Of a stretch of DNA of 64,000 bases, positions 7,489 through 15,821 are shown piece after piece. A program made the translations under genes and the position numbers. Where the stretch lies: assembly GCA_040753815.1 (NCBI GenBank), contig JBFMDU010000021.1, forward strand, positions 5,011-69,010. Direction: 5' to 3'. Position 1 is the first letter of the stretch. Every line of letters begins with the position of its first letter. This stretch comes from Chloroflexota bacterium. Lineage in GTDB: Bacteria > Chloroflexota > Dehalococcoidia > GIF9 > JBFMDU01. The notes beneath the pieces are model-generated. The model did no database searches. It saw nothing but the letters and a program-made list of their open reading frames with translations, and was not told the DNA's origin.

Positions 7489-9078
7489 GTGTCTGATTAC
7501 GATGTGATTATGGTTGGCGGCGGCCATAACGGCCTGCTGGTGAGCGCCTATCTGGCCAAGGCGGGACTCAACGTCTGCATCCTGGAAGCACGCGCCTTCC
7601 CCGGCGGTGGTGTCGTCACCGAAGAGGTGACGGCCCCGGGCTTCAAGCACGACCTGGCGTCAACTGCCGCCGGCTCTATCGAGTTCAACGCACTTATCAA
7701 GAATGACGAACTCGGCCTGGTCAAGCGGTCCGGCATCAAGTTCGCTGAAGCGCCCGAGGTGCAGGAGACTCAGCTATTCCCGGATGGCCGGTCGATTATC
7801 CTCTACCGCAGCCTTGACAAGACCTGCGCCAGTATCGCCAAAGTGTCCCAAAAGGATGCTGACGCCTTCCGCCGTTTGTATGATATCGGTTTCCCTATCC
7901 TTAAATATATACTTGCGGGAAGCACCTCTCCCCCAGCCCCTTTCAGCACTTCCCTCCAGGGGATGCTCTCCCGGCCCGGCGGTCTGGAAGACCTGCGCAT
8001 GACTTTCCTGAACGCCGTGGACTTCGTCGAAGAATGGTTCGAAAACGACCTGGTGAAAATTGCCATGACACGCCTTGCGGCTATCGCTCGCTTCAGCCCC
8101 TGGGAAGCCACCACGGCCGGCATTATCACCGCCACCATCCCCTTTACCATGAACTACGGCACGAAACCGGTAATCGGCGGTGTTGGCAAGTTCACCGAAG
8201 CCCTAACAGAGGCCATCAAGGCTTTCGGCGGCACCATCCGGCTCAACGCCCCGGTCAAAGAGATTATCGTCGAGAATAACCAGGCTAAAGGCGTCGTCCT
8301 GGCCGATGGCGAGAAACTGGGAGCCAACAAGTGCGTGGTGGCGGCGATTAACGTCAAGACCTTATTCCCTGACATGGTGCCGGGCGCACAGCTCCCTGGT
8401 GGTTTCGAAGACTGGATTAAGCGTCTCAAGCCCCAGCGTGTCCAGTACTTCACCACCCACTACGCGCTCCACCAGACACCGCAATATAAAGCCGACCCGG
8501 ACGTCAGCCGCAGTTACCAGGTGCACCTGACCGGCACTACCAGCTATGACGAGTACCTCAACGGCCTGCAGGCCATGTACCGCGGCATACCCCGGACCAC
8601 TTCACCTGGCATCCTCTGCCCCTCAATGTTCGACTCGAGCCGCGTCCCCCCAGGCAAGCATACCCTCTGGGTGAACAGCCAGGAGCCTTTCTACCTCAAG
8701 GGCGGCCCGCGCCGGTGGGATGAAATCAAAGAGCAGGTTGTCTCGGATATTTTGAAAGCCATCCGCAGTCACACCACCAACATGGGACCGGACAACATCA
8801 TCGCTGAAAAGACTTTCAGCCCGCTCGATTTCTCTCGTTGGAACCCGGCCTGGATTGAAGGCGACCCCAGCCACCTCGGCGGCTATATCCAGCAGTACTC
8901 GTCTTTCCGCCCTGTTCCCGGCTGGAGCGGCTACAAGATGCCCATCGACCGGCTGTACATGTGCGGGCCTTCGGCCCACGGCGGCACCGGGCTCGCCGCC
9001 GGCGGCCGCGCCCCGGCCAGCGTCATCATGACAGACCTGGGCATCGAGTTCGAAAAGGTCGCCGCCGCCCAGCAATAG
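7489..9078 (+). CDS. Phytoene-desaturase-like (CrtI family) NAD(P)/FAD-dependent oxidoreductase
   Basis: GTG start after AGGAGA. The N-terminal dinucleotide-binding fold reads YDVIMVGGGHNGLLVSAYLAKAGLNVCILE. Its length (529 aa) is typical of the CrtI-like family. Confidence 0.75.
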   Translation: MSDYDVIMVGGGHNGLLVSAYLAKAGLNVCILEARAFPGGGVVTEEVTAPGFKHDLASTAAGSIEFNALIKNDELGLVKRSGIKFAEAPEVQETQLFPDGRSIILYRSLDKTCASIAKVSQKDADAFRRLYDIGFPILKYILAGSTSPPAPFSTSLQGMLSRPGGLEDLRMTFLNAVDFVEEWFENDLVKIAMTRLAAIARFSPWEATTAGIITATIPFTMNYGTKPVIGGVGKFTEALTEAIKAFGGTIRLNAPVKEIIVENNQAKGVVLADGEKLGANKCVVAAINVKTLFPDMVPGAQLPGGFEDWIKRLKPQRVQYFTTHYALHQTPQYKADPDVSRSYQVHLTGTTSYDEYLNGLQAMYRGIPRTTSPGILCPSMFDSSRVPPGKHTLWVNSQEPFYLKGGPRRWDEIKEQVVSDILKAIRSHTTNMGPDNIIAEKTFSPLDFSRWNPAWIEGDPSHLGGYIQQYSSFRPVPGWSGYKMPIDRLYMCGPSAHGGTGLAAGGRAPASVIMTDLGIEFEKVAAAQQ

Positions 9079-9146
9079 AGAAGAAGTCGTTGCCATGCTT
9101 GCCGTGGCTATTAGTCTCGGGGCAAACTGCCCCGTGAGGACTACCC

Positions 9147-9347
9147 TCAGCCGAAGTATCTTGAAGGGGTGCTGGAGCAGGTGCTTCCAGAACTGCTTCC
9201 GGTACAGAACAATGGTGAATAGACACGTTCCGTGTCGGCGGAACCGCATTTAGGGCAGACCGCCTTGTCCTTACCACTGTCAAAGATACTGCGGCGTTGT
9301 TCGAATTTCTCACCGCATTCGGGGCATCTGTATTCGTAGACCGGCAT
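9147..9347 (-). CDS. FmdB-family zinc-ribbon regulatory protein
   Basis: MPVYEYRCPECGEKFE...CPKCGS (CxxC...CxxC). ATG 9347 is preceded by AGGAGG. The ORF-track start at 9365 is 6 codons upstream. Confidence 0.8.
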   Translation of the reverse strand: MPVYEYRCPECGEKFEQRRSIFDSGKDKAVCPKCGSADTERVYSPLFCTGSSSGSTCSSTPSRYFG

Positions 9348-9391
9348 TTGATCCTCCTGTTGCATCCGGGCTAATTTCGCTTCGTAGCCTC

Positions 9392-12300
9392 TTAATTCTT
9401 ATTCCCTCTAAGGTAGCTAATCATCGGACCAGTCACCAGCGGCACTACATCACCAATCATATGCGGCATCAGGTTGTCCATGACTTTTGGCATAAGCTCC
9501 GGCATCTGCTCCGCCATATAGTCCGGCATCGGTATCGCCGCCTTGACGCGCTCCAGCATTGTCGGCATGACCCTGGGCATCATCATCGGCAGGAGCCTCG
9601 GGAAGAGCACCGGGAACATCGGCTTCATGAGATTCAAAATGCCAGGCACCTTGCCCATGGCCCGCATCATGGGCCCCATCTTGAACGGCATGGCGTCAAT
9701 AAGCTCCGGCCACATCGTGCCCATCAGTTTAGCGAAGCCCTGGGGCGTCATCAGCGCAATCATCGCCTCGAACACCGCCCATTGCCGCTGGACCTCGGGG
9801 TTCGGGTCGGGGAAGTCATGACCGAGCGCCTGGCAGGCGAACCTCGCCAGATCAACAACCTCGACCGGTGCATTCTTCTTTTTGGCGCTGACTCTTAGCT
9901 GGAACTCACAGCACGGGCAGAGCGCCAGCACCTTCTGTGCGCCGGCTTCGACCGCTTCGTCAAGCCTTACCTTGCCGATATCAGCCGCTACCGGCGGCTC
10001 CTTGATCAGGGTCAACACACTGCCGCAGCAGTGGGCATTATCGTGGTGGTAGGCCATCTCGGCGAACTTGATACCGGGCACCGCTTTGATGACATCCCGG
10101 GGCGGCTCATAGACGCCGGATACCCGCCCGATATGGCAGGAGTCATGCCATGTCACCGTCTGCGGTTTCTGTCCCCGGTCCGGAAACTTGAACTCGCCTT
10201 TCTTGAGCTTCTCCGATACGACCTCGCTGTAGTGCCTGGTGGTGATAGCGTAGTCGATGCCGAGCTTTTCGGCCCATTGCGGATATACCTGCCGCCACAT
10301 CATATCGCAGGCGGGGCAGGAGGTGATGACAGTATCGGCGCCGGCGGCTTTGACCGCGGCGATATTGCTCTTCATCACCTCGGCGAAAAGGTCCCATTTG
10401 CCGGATACCAGCATCGGTGTGCCGCAACAGCTCTCCTTCTGGCCAAGATACGAAAAGTCCACCCCGGCGGCGTCAAGCAGGCGCACGCTGGCCATGCCGA
10501 TATCGTGCTCGACATAGCTGGCAGTGCACCCGGCAAAGTAGACTGCCTTGGACTTATGCGCCGGGCCGTGCTTCTCTTTGAGGTCGGCCGGGAACCAGGC
10601 GTCGCGGTCTTTGCGATAACCTGCCCAGATATTGCCCTGGCTCTTAAGGGCCGCGGTCATCATTTCAAACGGCGGGAAAGTCATCTTCTTTTGTTCACCG
10701 ATAAGCTGGCCACGGAGTTTCATCCACGACGACTCAATTGGTAGTGAGGCCGAACAGCGCAGGTTGCACAGCTCGCAGGTGGTGCAGGAAAGGATGGTGT
10801 CCACCATCTTCTGGTCCCACTTCTGCCGGCCCTCCATGTATTCCCTCAGCCAGTACCACTTGCCGCGCGGCGACTGGCTTTCCCAGCCGCGGCCGTAGAA
10901 CTGGTCACATTCTTCAACACAGTAGCCGCACTGGGAGCAGGCATAGGCGTACCAGGCTACGTCTGCTGGTATGTTACGGACGGCTCTGGTAGGGCGTTCG
11001 CCGACCTTGAGGATAACGCGGTTAGCCAGCGCCCGGACGACCGGTTCGAAAGTCTGAGCAATGCTTAAGATACCGCCAATCGCCCCGTTCTTGAGAACCT
11101 TGCCCGGATTAAGAATACCTTTTCGGTCAGTCCGGGCTTTGAACTCTTTGAGCCGCTTTAAGCGGTCAGCGCCGAGTACACTGGCCGCCTTGCTGGCGAA
11201 ATAAAGACCGGTGGAGTACTCACGGCCGCCGTTTCTCTCGGCGATGTCCGAAATCGTCAGCGCCAGGCTGAAGACGAAGTTGTAGTTGAACCGCCGCTGG
11301 TCGCTCGGTATGAAGCCGAGGAGCACCACTTCAGGCTTGCCGCCGGCGCCGTTGCGGATGACGATGGCTTCTTTGACAATAGGCTGGGCCACTTTTTCGT
11401 TGATTTCGTCCATGGTTGCGCCCAGCGATGAAAGCGGCACCACCACCTCAGCCGGCACCAGGCTCGGCCCCAGACGCTTTACCACCATAATCTTGAACCG
11501 TTCGTCCCATTCGTGCCTGGCGATGCGGTCGCTGAGCATCTCGGCCCGGTTGGCCTTAGTCAGCTCTGGCAGTTGGCTCATTATGACGCCGCGGTCTTTC
11601 TTTCGGTAAGCCAGCGTCATGATGTAGGCCGCCGGCAGGAGCAATTTCTCATGTCCGTTATGACCGTGAGCTTCCGAAGGGGCAACCTTGTTCTTAAGCT
11701 CGGCCATGCGCGGGTTGATAAAGACCAGCGACCAGATGGGTAGTTTTTCATCAATGATGGCCTGGACAAGTTTCTGAAGGTCATGCGGGTTGGGGCAACC
11801 TACCGCCGCCACTTCGATATCCTCAAGCGCCTGCACGCGGACGGTTACTTCGCTTATAAGGCCGGTGATGCCTTCGGCTTCTGAAATAAGCTCCAAATCC
11901 TTGCCACTGAAGTCTTTAACCGAGCCATCAGGCAGGACTACTTTAGCGCTTATCACGTTATCGCGGAACCAGCCGGCCTCGTATGAGCCGATGCCGGCGC
12001 CGCCCTGGGCCAGCCAGCCGCCGGCCGTAGAAGCCGGAGCGCTGGTGGGATAGAGGCGCAGGGTGAAACCGTGCCTGGCCAGCTCCATATCGAGCTTCTC
12101 CCAGACCACACCCGCCTGCACGGTAACCGTCTGCCTCGCTTTATCAACGGTGATAACTTTATCCATCCGGCGGAAATCAACGACGACGCCTTTCTTCACC
12201 GGTATGACGCCGCCGTAGCCGGATGATGCTTTGCCGCGGGGTGTGAGAGGAATACCTTTTTCGGAAGCCCAGCGTACCAGCTTGACCAGTTCCTCGGTGG

Positions 12301-12472
12301 TTTCTGGCTGGATGACGGCTTCCGGCGTAGTGTTGCCGATAAACGGCTTGACCAGCCCGGGAATGGCGGCAATATCGTGCCCGTAGAGTACCCGCTCTGT
12401 CTCACGGAAGCACGCCCGGCCGCCGAACTCCTTCTCCAGATAGCTCCTTTGCTTTGACGTCACTTTGGCCAT
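9392..12472 (-). CDS. Fused FAD-linked oxidase (GlcD/D-lactate dehydrogenase-like) and Fe-S/CCG-domain oxidoreductase (GlcF/HdrD-like) with Met/Pro-rich tail
   Basis: An N-terminal PCMH-type FAD-binding region is followed by ferredoxin motifs CSQCGYCVEEC and CTTCELCNLRC. Two CCG-type Cys-rich domains follow (FAGCTASY...CCGTP; WHDSCHIGR...CCGS). I moved the start to ATG 12472 (GGAGAGAGG upstream), which removes the overlap with the ArsR gene. Confidence 0.85.
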   Translation of the reverse strand: MAKVTSKQRSYLEKEFGGRACFRETERVLYGHDIAAIPGLVKPFIGNTTPEAVIQPETTEELVKLVRWASEKGIPLTPRGKASSGYGGVIPVKKGVVVDFRRMDKVITVDKARQTVTVQAGVVWEKLDMELARHGFTLRLYPTSAPASTAGGWLAQGGAGIGSYEAGWFRDNVISAKVVLPDGSVKDFSGKDLELISEAEGITGLISEVTVRVQALEDIEVAAVGCPNPHDLQKLVQAIIDEKLPIWSLVFINPRMAELKNKVAPSEAHGHNGHEKLLLPAAYIMTLAYRKKDRGVIMSQLPELTKANRAEMLSDRIARHEWDERFKIMVVKRLGPSLVPAEVVVPLSSLGATMDEINEKVAQPIVKEAIVIRNGAGGKPEVVLLGFIPSDQRRFNYNFVFSLALTISDIAERNGGREYSTGLYFASKAASVLGADRLKRLKEFKARTDRKGILNPGKVLKNGAIGGILSIAQTFEPVVRALANRVILKVGERPTRAVRNIPADVAWYAYACSQCGYCVEECDQFYGRGWESQSPRGKWYWLREYMEGRQKWDQKMVDTILSCTTCELCNLRCSASLPIESSWMKLRGQLIGEQKKMTFPPFEMMTAALKSQGNIWAGYRKDRDAWFPADLKEKHGPAHKSKAVYFAGCTASYVEHDIGMASVRLLDAAGVDFSYLGQKESCCGTPMLVSGKWDLFAEVMKSNIAAVKAAGADTVITSCPACDMMWRQVYPQWAEKLGIDYAITTRHYSEVVSEKLKKGEFKFPDRGQKPQTVTWHDSCHIGRVSGVYEPPRDVIKAVPGIKFAEMAYHHDNAHCCGSVLTLIKEPPVAADIGKVRLDEAVEAGAQKVLALCPCCEFQLRVSAKKKNAPVEVVDLARFACQALGHDFPDPNPEVQRQWAVFEAMIALMTPQGFAKLMGTMWPELIDAMPFKMGPMMRAMGKVPGILNLMKPMFPVLFPRLLPMMMPRVMPTMLERVKAAIPMPDYMAEQMPELMPKVMDNLMPHMIGDVVPLVTGPMISYLRGNKN

Positions 12473-12503
12473 GCCTCTCTCCTTAGTTGTTATCCGTTGC
12501 AGG

Positions 12504-12869
12504 TCATTTGCCAGCGCGCTTTCCCCGGCCGCCAAGTGAGTTTAGCGACCGCGCCAGCTCCTTCTTAGCTCCTAACTGCGTTTCCAGCATGTCCCGAACC
12601 AGGTCGCAGGCCTGACTGATTTTGAGGCTGGACAGGCTGTAATAAATAGTGGTGCCGGCGCGGCGCGCCTGGACGATATCTCGCTCACGCAGGACAGCCA
12701 GGTGGCGCGACACGTTGCTCTGGGGCAGGTCAAGCCTCTTAACTATCTGTCCCACCGACATCTCTCCATCCCTCAGTTCGTGGAGAATCATCAGCCGGTT
12801 AGGGTCGGCCATGGTCTTGCATATATCTGCCTGGAGTTTGAATAGCGCTACGGCCCGTTTATCAGCCAT
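12504..12869 (-). CDS. ArsR/SmtB-family transcriptional regulator
   Basis: Winged-HTH pattern: ICKTMADPNRLMILHELRDGEMSVGQIVKRLDLPQSNVSRHLAVLRERDIV. Confidence 0.85.
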   Translation of the reverse strand: MADKRAVALFKLQADICKTMADPNRLMILHELRDGEMSVGQIVKRLDLPQSNVSRHLAVLRERDIVQARRAGTTIYYSLSSLKISQACDLVRDMLETQLGAKKELARSLNSLGGRGKRAGK

Positions 12870-12996
12870 GTCATCTGTATCCTTATATGAATATATGCGA
12901 ATTAAGTAATATAATACCCTGGAAATGTCTCCCCGTCAAGACCTGGCTATGCCATCTTATTCCGGGGGCGTCTGCAGGCTGGCGCGAGTGCGTCAG

Positions 12997-13139
12997 TTGC
13001 ATTTGTCCCGGCAAGGGCGTATAATGTCACCAGGGTTTAAGTTCAGGTTATTCGCCGCTTAGCTTCACTGCCTCAGGTGTATTCAAGTTCCGGATGACCC
13101 AGATCGACCCTGTAATGCTATTCGAGAGGAGGTCATCCG
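12997..13139 (+). promoter_or_regulatory. Sigma70-like promoter (TTGCAT-N17-TATAAT) plus ~114-nt 5' leader with anti-SD hairpin
   Basis: TTGCAT lies at 12997-13002 and TATAAT at 13020-13025. In the leader, CGGATGACC (13091-13099) is the perfect complement of GGTCATCCG (13131-13139), which lies between the GAGGAGG SD and the ATG. The same architecture recurs at 53406-53541 (minus strand). Confidence 0.45.
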
Positions 13140-13328
13140 ATGAGTTACCAGGACAAGTCTCTCAAGTGCGCCGACTGCGGCGCTACGTTCACCTTCACCG
13201 CCCGTGAGCAGGAGTTCTACGCTTCCAAGGGTTTTACCAGTGAGCCCAGACGCTGCTATCCCTGCCGCCAGACGAGGAAGTCCGAACGCGGTGAGCGCAG
13301 CAGCGGCCGCTACGGCCGTTCCTACTAG
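13140..13328 (+). CDS. Small zinc-ribbon protein (CxxC...CxxC), paralog of 53100-53405
   Basis: MSYQDKSLKCADCGATFTFTAREQEFYASKGFTSEPRRCYPCRQ is near-identical in pattern to MAFQDKSLTCSDCGATFTFTAQEQELFQQRGYTNEPKRCPTCRQ at 53100-53405. It has a strong GAGGAGG SD. Confidence 0.7.
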   Translation: MSYQDKSLKCADCGATFTFTAREQEFYASKGFTSEPRRCYPCRQTRKSERGERSSGRYGRSY

Positions 13329-13507
13329 TCACCCCGGTCCTAATCACGGTCCTCGCCTTCCCATCCCCATTCACCGCCCGCTTTCTGAGGCATGACAAAG
13401 CAGGCAAGCCGCTCTTGCGGCATGCTTTTTATTGTCATTGGCCTGGTATTGAGACGGGACGGCCGGGGACTAAATACCCACAGCAATAATCCAAAGGAGA
13501 ATAATTC

Positions 13508-14752
13508 GTGAGTTTCGATTCATTCAAACTGCACCCGCAGGTCGCGGCGGGTGTCACATCGGCCGGCTATGTCGAGCCGACGCCGGTACAAATCCAGTGC
13601 ATTCCCCCCATCATGGAGGGCCGCGACGTCATGGGCCTGGCCCAGACCGGCACCGGCAAGACGGCCGCCTTCGTCCTGCCCATCCTTCACCGCCTATTGC
13701 AGGGGCCGCACGGCCGCGTTCGCGCCCTTGTCATCGCCCCCACCCGCGAACTGGCCGAGCAGACCAGCCATGCTTTCACTACCCTGGGCGTCCTGACGGG
13801 CCTCCGCAGTACGACCGTCTACGGCGGCGTTGACATCAACGCCCAGGTACGGGCGCTCCGCGCCGGGCCGGAGATCGTGGTAGGATGCCCCGGCCGTCTC
13901 CTCGACCACATGGGGCAGGGAACCATCAACCTGCTCCGGCTTGAAGTGCTGGTCCTGGACGAAGCCGACCGGATGTTCGACATGGGCTTCCTGCCCGATG
14001 TCCGCCGCATCCTTATGGCCCTGCCCACCAACCGGCAGACGTTGCTCTTCTCGGCCACCATGCCGGACGACATACGGAAGCTGACCCGGGAGGTGATGCG
14101 CAACCCGGTCATAGCGCAAATCAACCGCTCGGCACCAGTGGAGACGGTCTCCCACGCCATTTACCCGGTTGAACCGCACCTAAAGGGAGGCCTATTGAAG
14201 GTGCTCCTGCACCAGACTAACACCGACTCGGTGCTGGTCTTCACCCGCACCAAGAACCGTGCGGCGCGGCTGGCGGAACAACTCGCTAGAGTCGGGTACA
14301 AGGTCGGCTGTATCCAGGGCGACCTTTCCCAGTACCAGCGCCAGGCGGCGCTGGACGGCTTCCGCGATGGAAGGTTCAATATCCTGGTGGCGACCGATAT
14401 CGCCGCCCGCGGCATCGATGTCGAGGGCATCTCCCACGTCATCAACTACGATATGCCCGATACCGCCGACAACTACATCCACCGCATCGGCAGGACCGGC
14501 CGGGCCTCGCGTACCGGCGACGCCTTCACTCTGGTCACCCGCGATGACGAAGCCATGGTGCGGCAACTGGAGCGCATCCTCGGCTACTGCCTGGAACGGC
14601 GTATGGTGGAGGGGTTCAACTACTTCATGCCCCGGCGTGACCCGCCGGCAACCCATCCACCCCACCGCCAACCCCGAGCAACCGGCCGTGGCTGGTCGCA
14701 AAGACGGCCACGGGGACGCATTCCCGCCCGCCGGCAGCCGACATGGTCGTAG
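13508..14752 (+). CDS. DEAD-box ATP-dependent RNA helicase
   Basis: Q-motif region, AQTGTGKTAAF (motif I), LDEADRMF (DEAD), SAT and HRIGRTGRAS (motif VI). Arg/Pro-rich C-terminal tail. GTG start. Confidence 0.9.
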   Translation: MSFDSFKLHPQVAAGVTSAGYVEPTPVQIQCIPPIMEGRDVMGLAQTGTGKTAAFVLPILHRLLQGPHGRVRALVIAPTRELAEQTSHAFTTLGVLTGLRSTTVYGGVDINAQVRALRAGPEIVVGCPGRLLDHMGQGTINLLRLEVLVLDEADRMFDMGFLPDVRRILMALPTNRQTLLFSATMPDDIRKLTREVMRNPVIAQINRSAPVETVSHAIYPVEPHLKGGLLKVLLHQTNTDSVLVFTRTKNRAARLAEQLARVGYKVGCIQGDLSQYQRQAALDGFRDGRFNILVATDIAARGIDVEGISHVINYDMPDTADNYIHRIGRTGRASRTGDAFTLVTRDDEAMVRQLERILGYCLERRMVEGFNYFMPRRDPPATHPPHRQPRATGRGWSQRRPRGRIPARRQPTWS

Positions 14753-14862
14753 GTAAATCCCGCGTGGTGTAGTAAAACATCCCCGCCAGATCTCTCGCTT
14801 CACTCGAGATGATGTGGGGGTATGGCTTCGCTTCATTCCAGCATGATAGACCGGACTCCCCC

Positions 14863-14893
14863 TTGACTCTCCCCTAACAGGAGAGTCTATACT
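14863..14893 (+). promoter_or_regulatory. MerR-type promoter/operator: TTGACT-N19-TATACT with dyad in the spacer
   Basis: TTGACT lies at 14863-14868 and TATACT at 14888-14893, giving a 19-nt spacer. The spacer contains the inverted repeat GACTCTCC-cctaaca-GGAGAGTC. The site is 41 nt upstream of the MerR gene. Confidence 0.6.
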
Positions 14894-14933
14894 CTGATTG
14901 AAGGCCTTCGAAATAACGACTGGAGGAGGTTGA

Positions 14934-15752
14934 ATGCTCAAAATCGGCGACTTCTCACGGCTGAGCCGGGTATCGGTGAAAGCACTACGCTACTATGACG
15001 AGATCGGCCTGCTCAAGCCGGTGAGCGTCGACCAGTTCAGCGGCTACCGTTACTACTCGGCAGAGCAACTGCCGCGCCTTAACCGCATCCTGGTGCTCAA
15101 GGAGCTGGGCCTTTCACTGGAAGAAGTCGCCGTACTCGCGGCCGAAGACCTGCCGCAAGCCAGAATCACCGAACTGCTCCAGGCCAAGCAAACCGAACTC
15201 CGCCAGCGGCTTAATGAGGACCACAGCCGCCTGGCGCAACTGGAACAACTGCTGAATGCCATTGCAAAGGAGGGTACTATGCCAGCCTACGACATCACTC
15301 TCAAGAAACTGGACGCGCAGAAAGTCGCCTGCGTGCGTGCTATCATCCCAACCTACAGCGACATCCCGAAGCTTTTCGATGAACTTTTCGGTCAGATTGG
15401 CCGGTTCCAGAGCAAGTTCGCTGGGGCTCCGGTTGCCCTCTACCATGACCTCGAATTCAAAGAGCGCGATGCCGATGTCGAAATCGCCATGCCCATCCGC
15501 GGCGATATAACCGTGACCGGCCGGCTCAAGATGCACGAGCTCCCAGCCGTCGCCAGCGCTGCCTGCACCATCCATAAAGGTTCCTTTGACCAGGTCGGCG
15601 ATGCCTATAAAGCACTGATGTCCTGGATTGAGGCTAACCGCTACCAGATGGCCGGACCGGCTCGCGAAGTTTACCTGCAAGGGCCAGGCCCCGGAGTTGA
15701 CCCTTCGTCCTATGTGACCGAAATACAGCTTCCGGTTGAGAAGGCCAAATAA
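14934..15752 (+). CDS. MerR-family transcriptional regulator with GyrI-like effector-binding domain (BmrR-like)
   Basis: N-terminal MLKIGDFSRLSRVSVKALRYYDEIGLLKP (MerR HTH) is followed by a coiled-coil linker and a C-terminal ~150-aa GyrI-like region. Confidence 0.85.
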   Translation: MLKIGDFSRLSRVSVKALRYYDEIGLLKPVSVDQFSGYRYYSAEQLPRLNRILVLKELGLSLEEVAVLAAEDLPQARITELLQAKQTELRQRLNEDHSRLAQLEQLLNAIAKEGTMPAYDITLKKLDAQKVACVRAIIPTYSDIPKLFDELFGQIGRFQSKFAGAPVALYHDLEFKERDADVEIAMPIRGDITVTGRLKMHELPAVASAACTIHKGSFDQVGDAYKALMSWIEANRYQMAGPAREVYLQGPGPGVDPSSYVTEIQLPVEKAK

Positions 15753-15757
15753 GTGTG

Positions 15758-15796
15758 ATGTCCTGCGGCAGGCCGTGACGGCTTGCCGCAGGACAT
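15758..15796. terminator. Hairpin between convergent genes (candidate bidirectional terminator)
   Basis: ATGTCCTGCGGCAGGCC-gtgac-GGCTTGCCGCAGGACAT forms a 17-bp stem with one mismatch. There is no long T-tract. Confidence 0.45.
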
Positions 15797-15821
15797 ATAC
15801 CTCACCGCTGTACGGTAGAAA

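Noticed and set aside
14192-14941. 249-aa minus-strand ORF, plus other long antisense ORFs (13694-14179, 35912-36658, 36637-37149, 25541-26605, 8623-9249, 51013-51660)
   Set aside because: All overlap strongly supported genes on the other strand (DEAD-box helicase, pheT, FAD oxidase, CrtI-like, MFS). Their translations have the Arg/Gly/Pro-rich composition of high-GC antisense frames.
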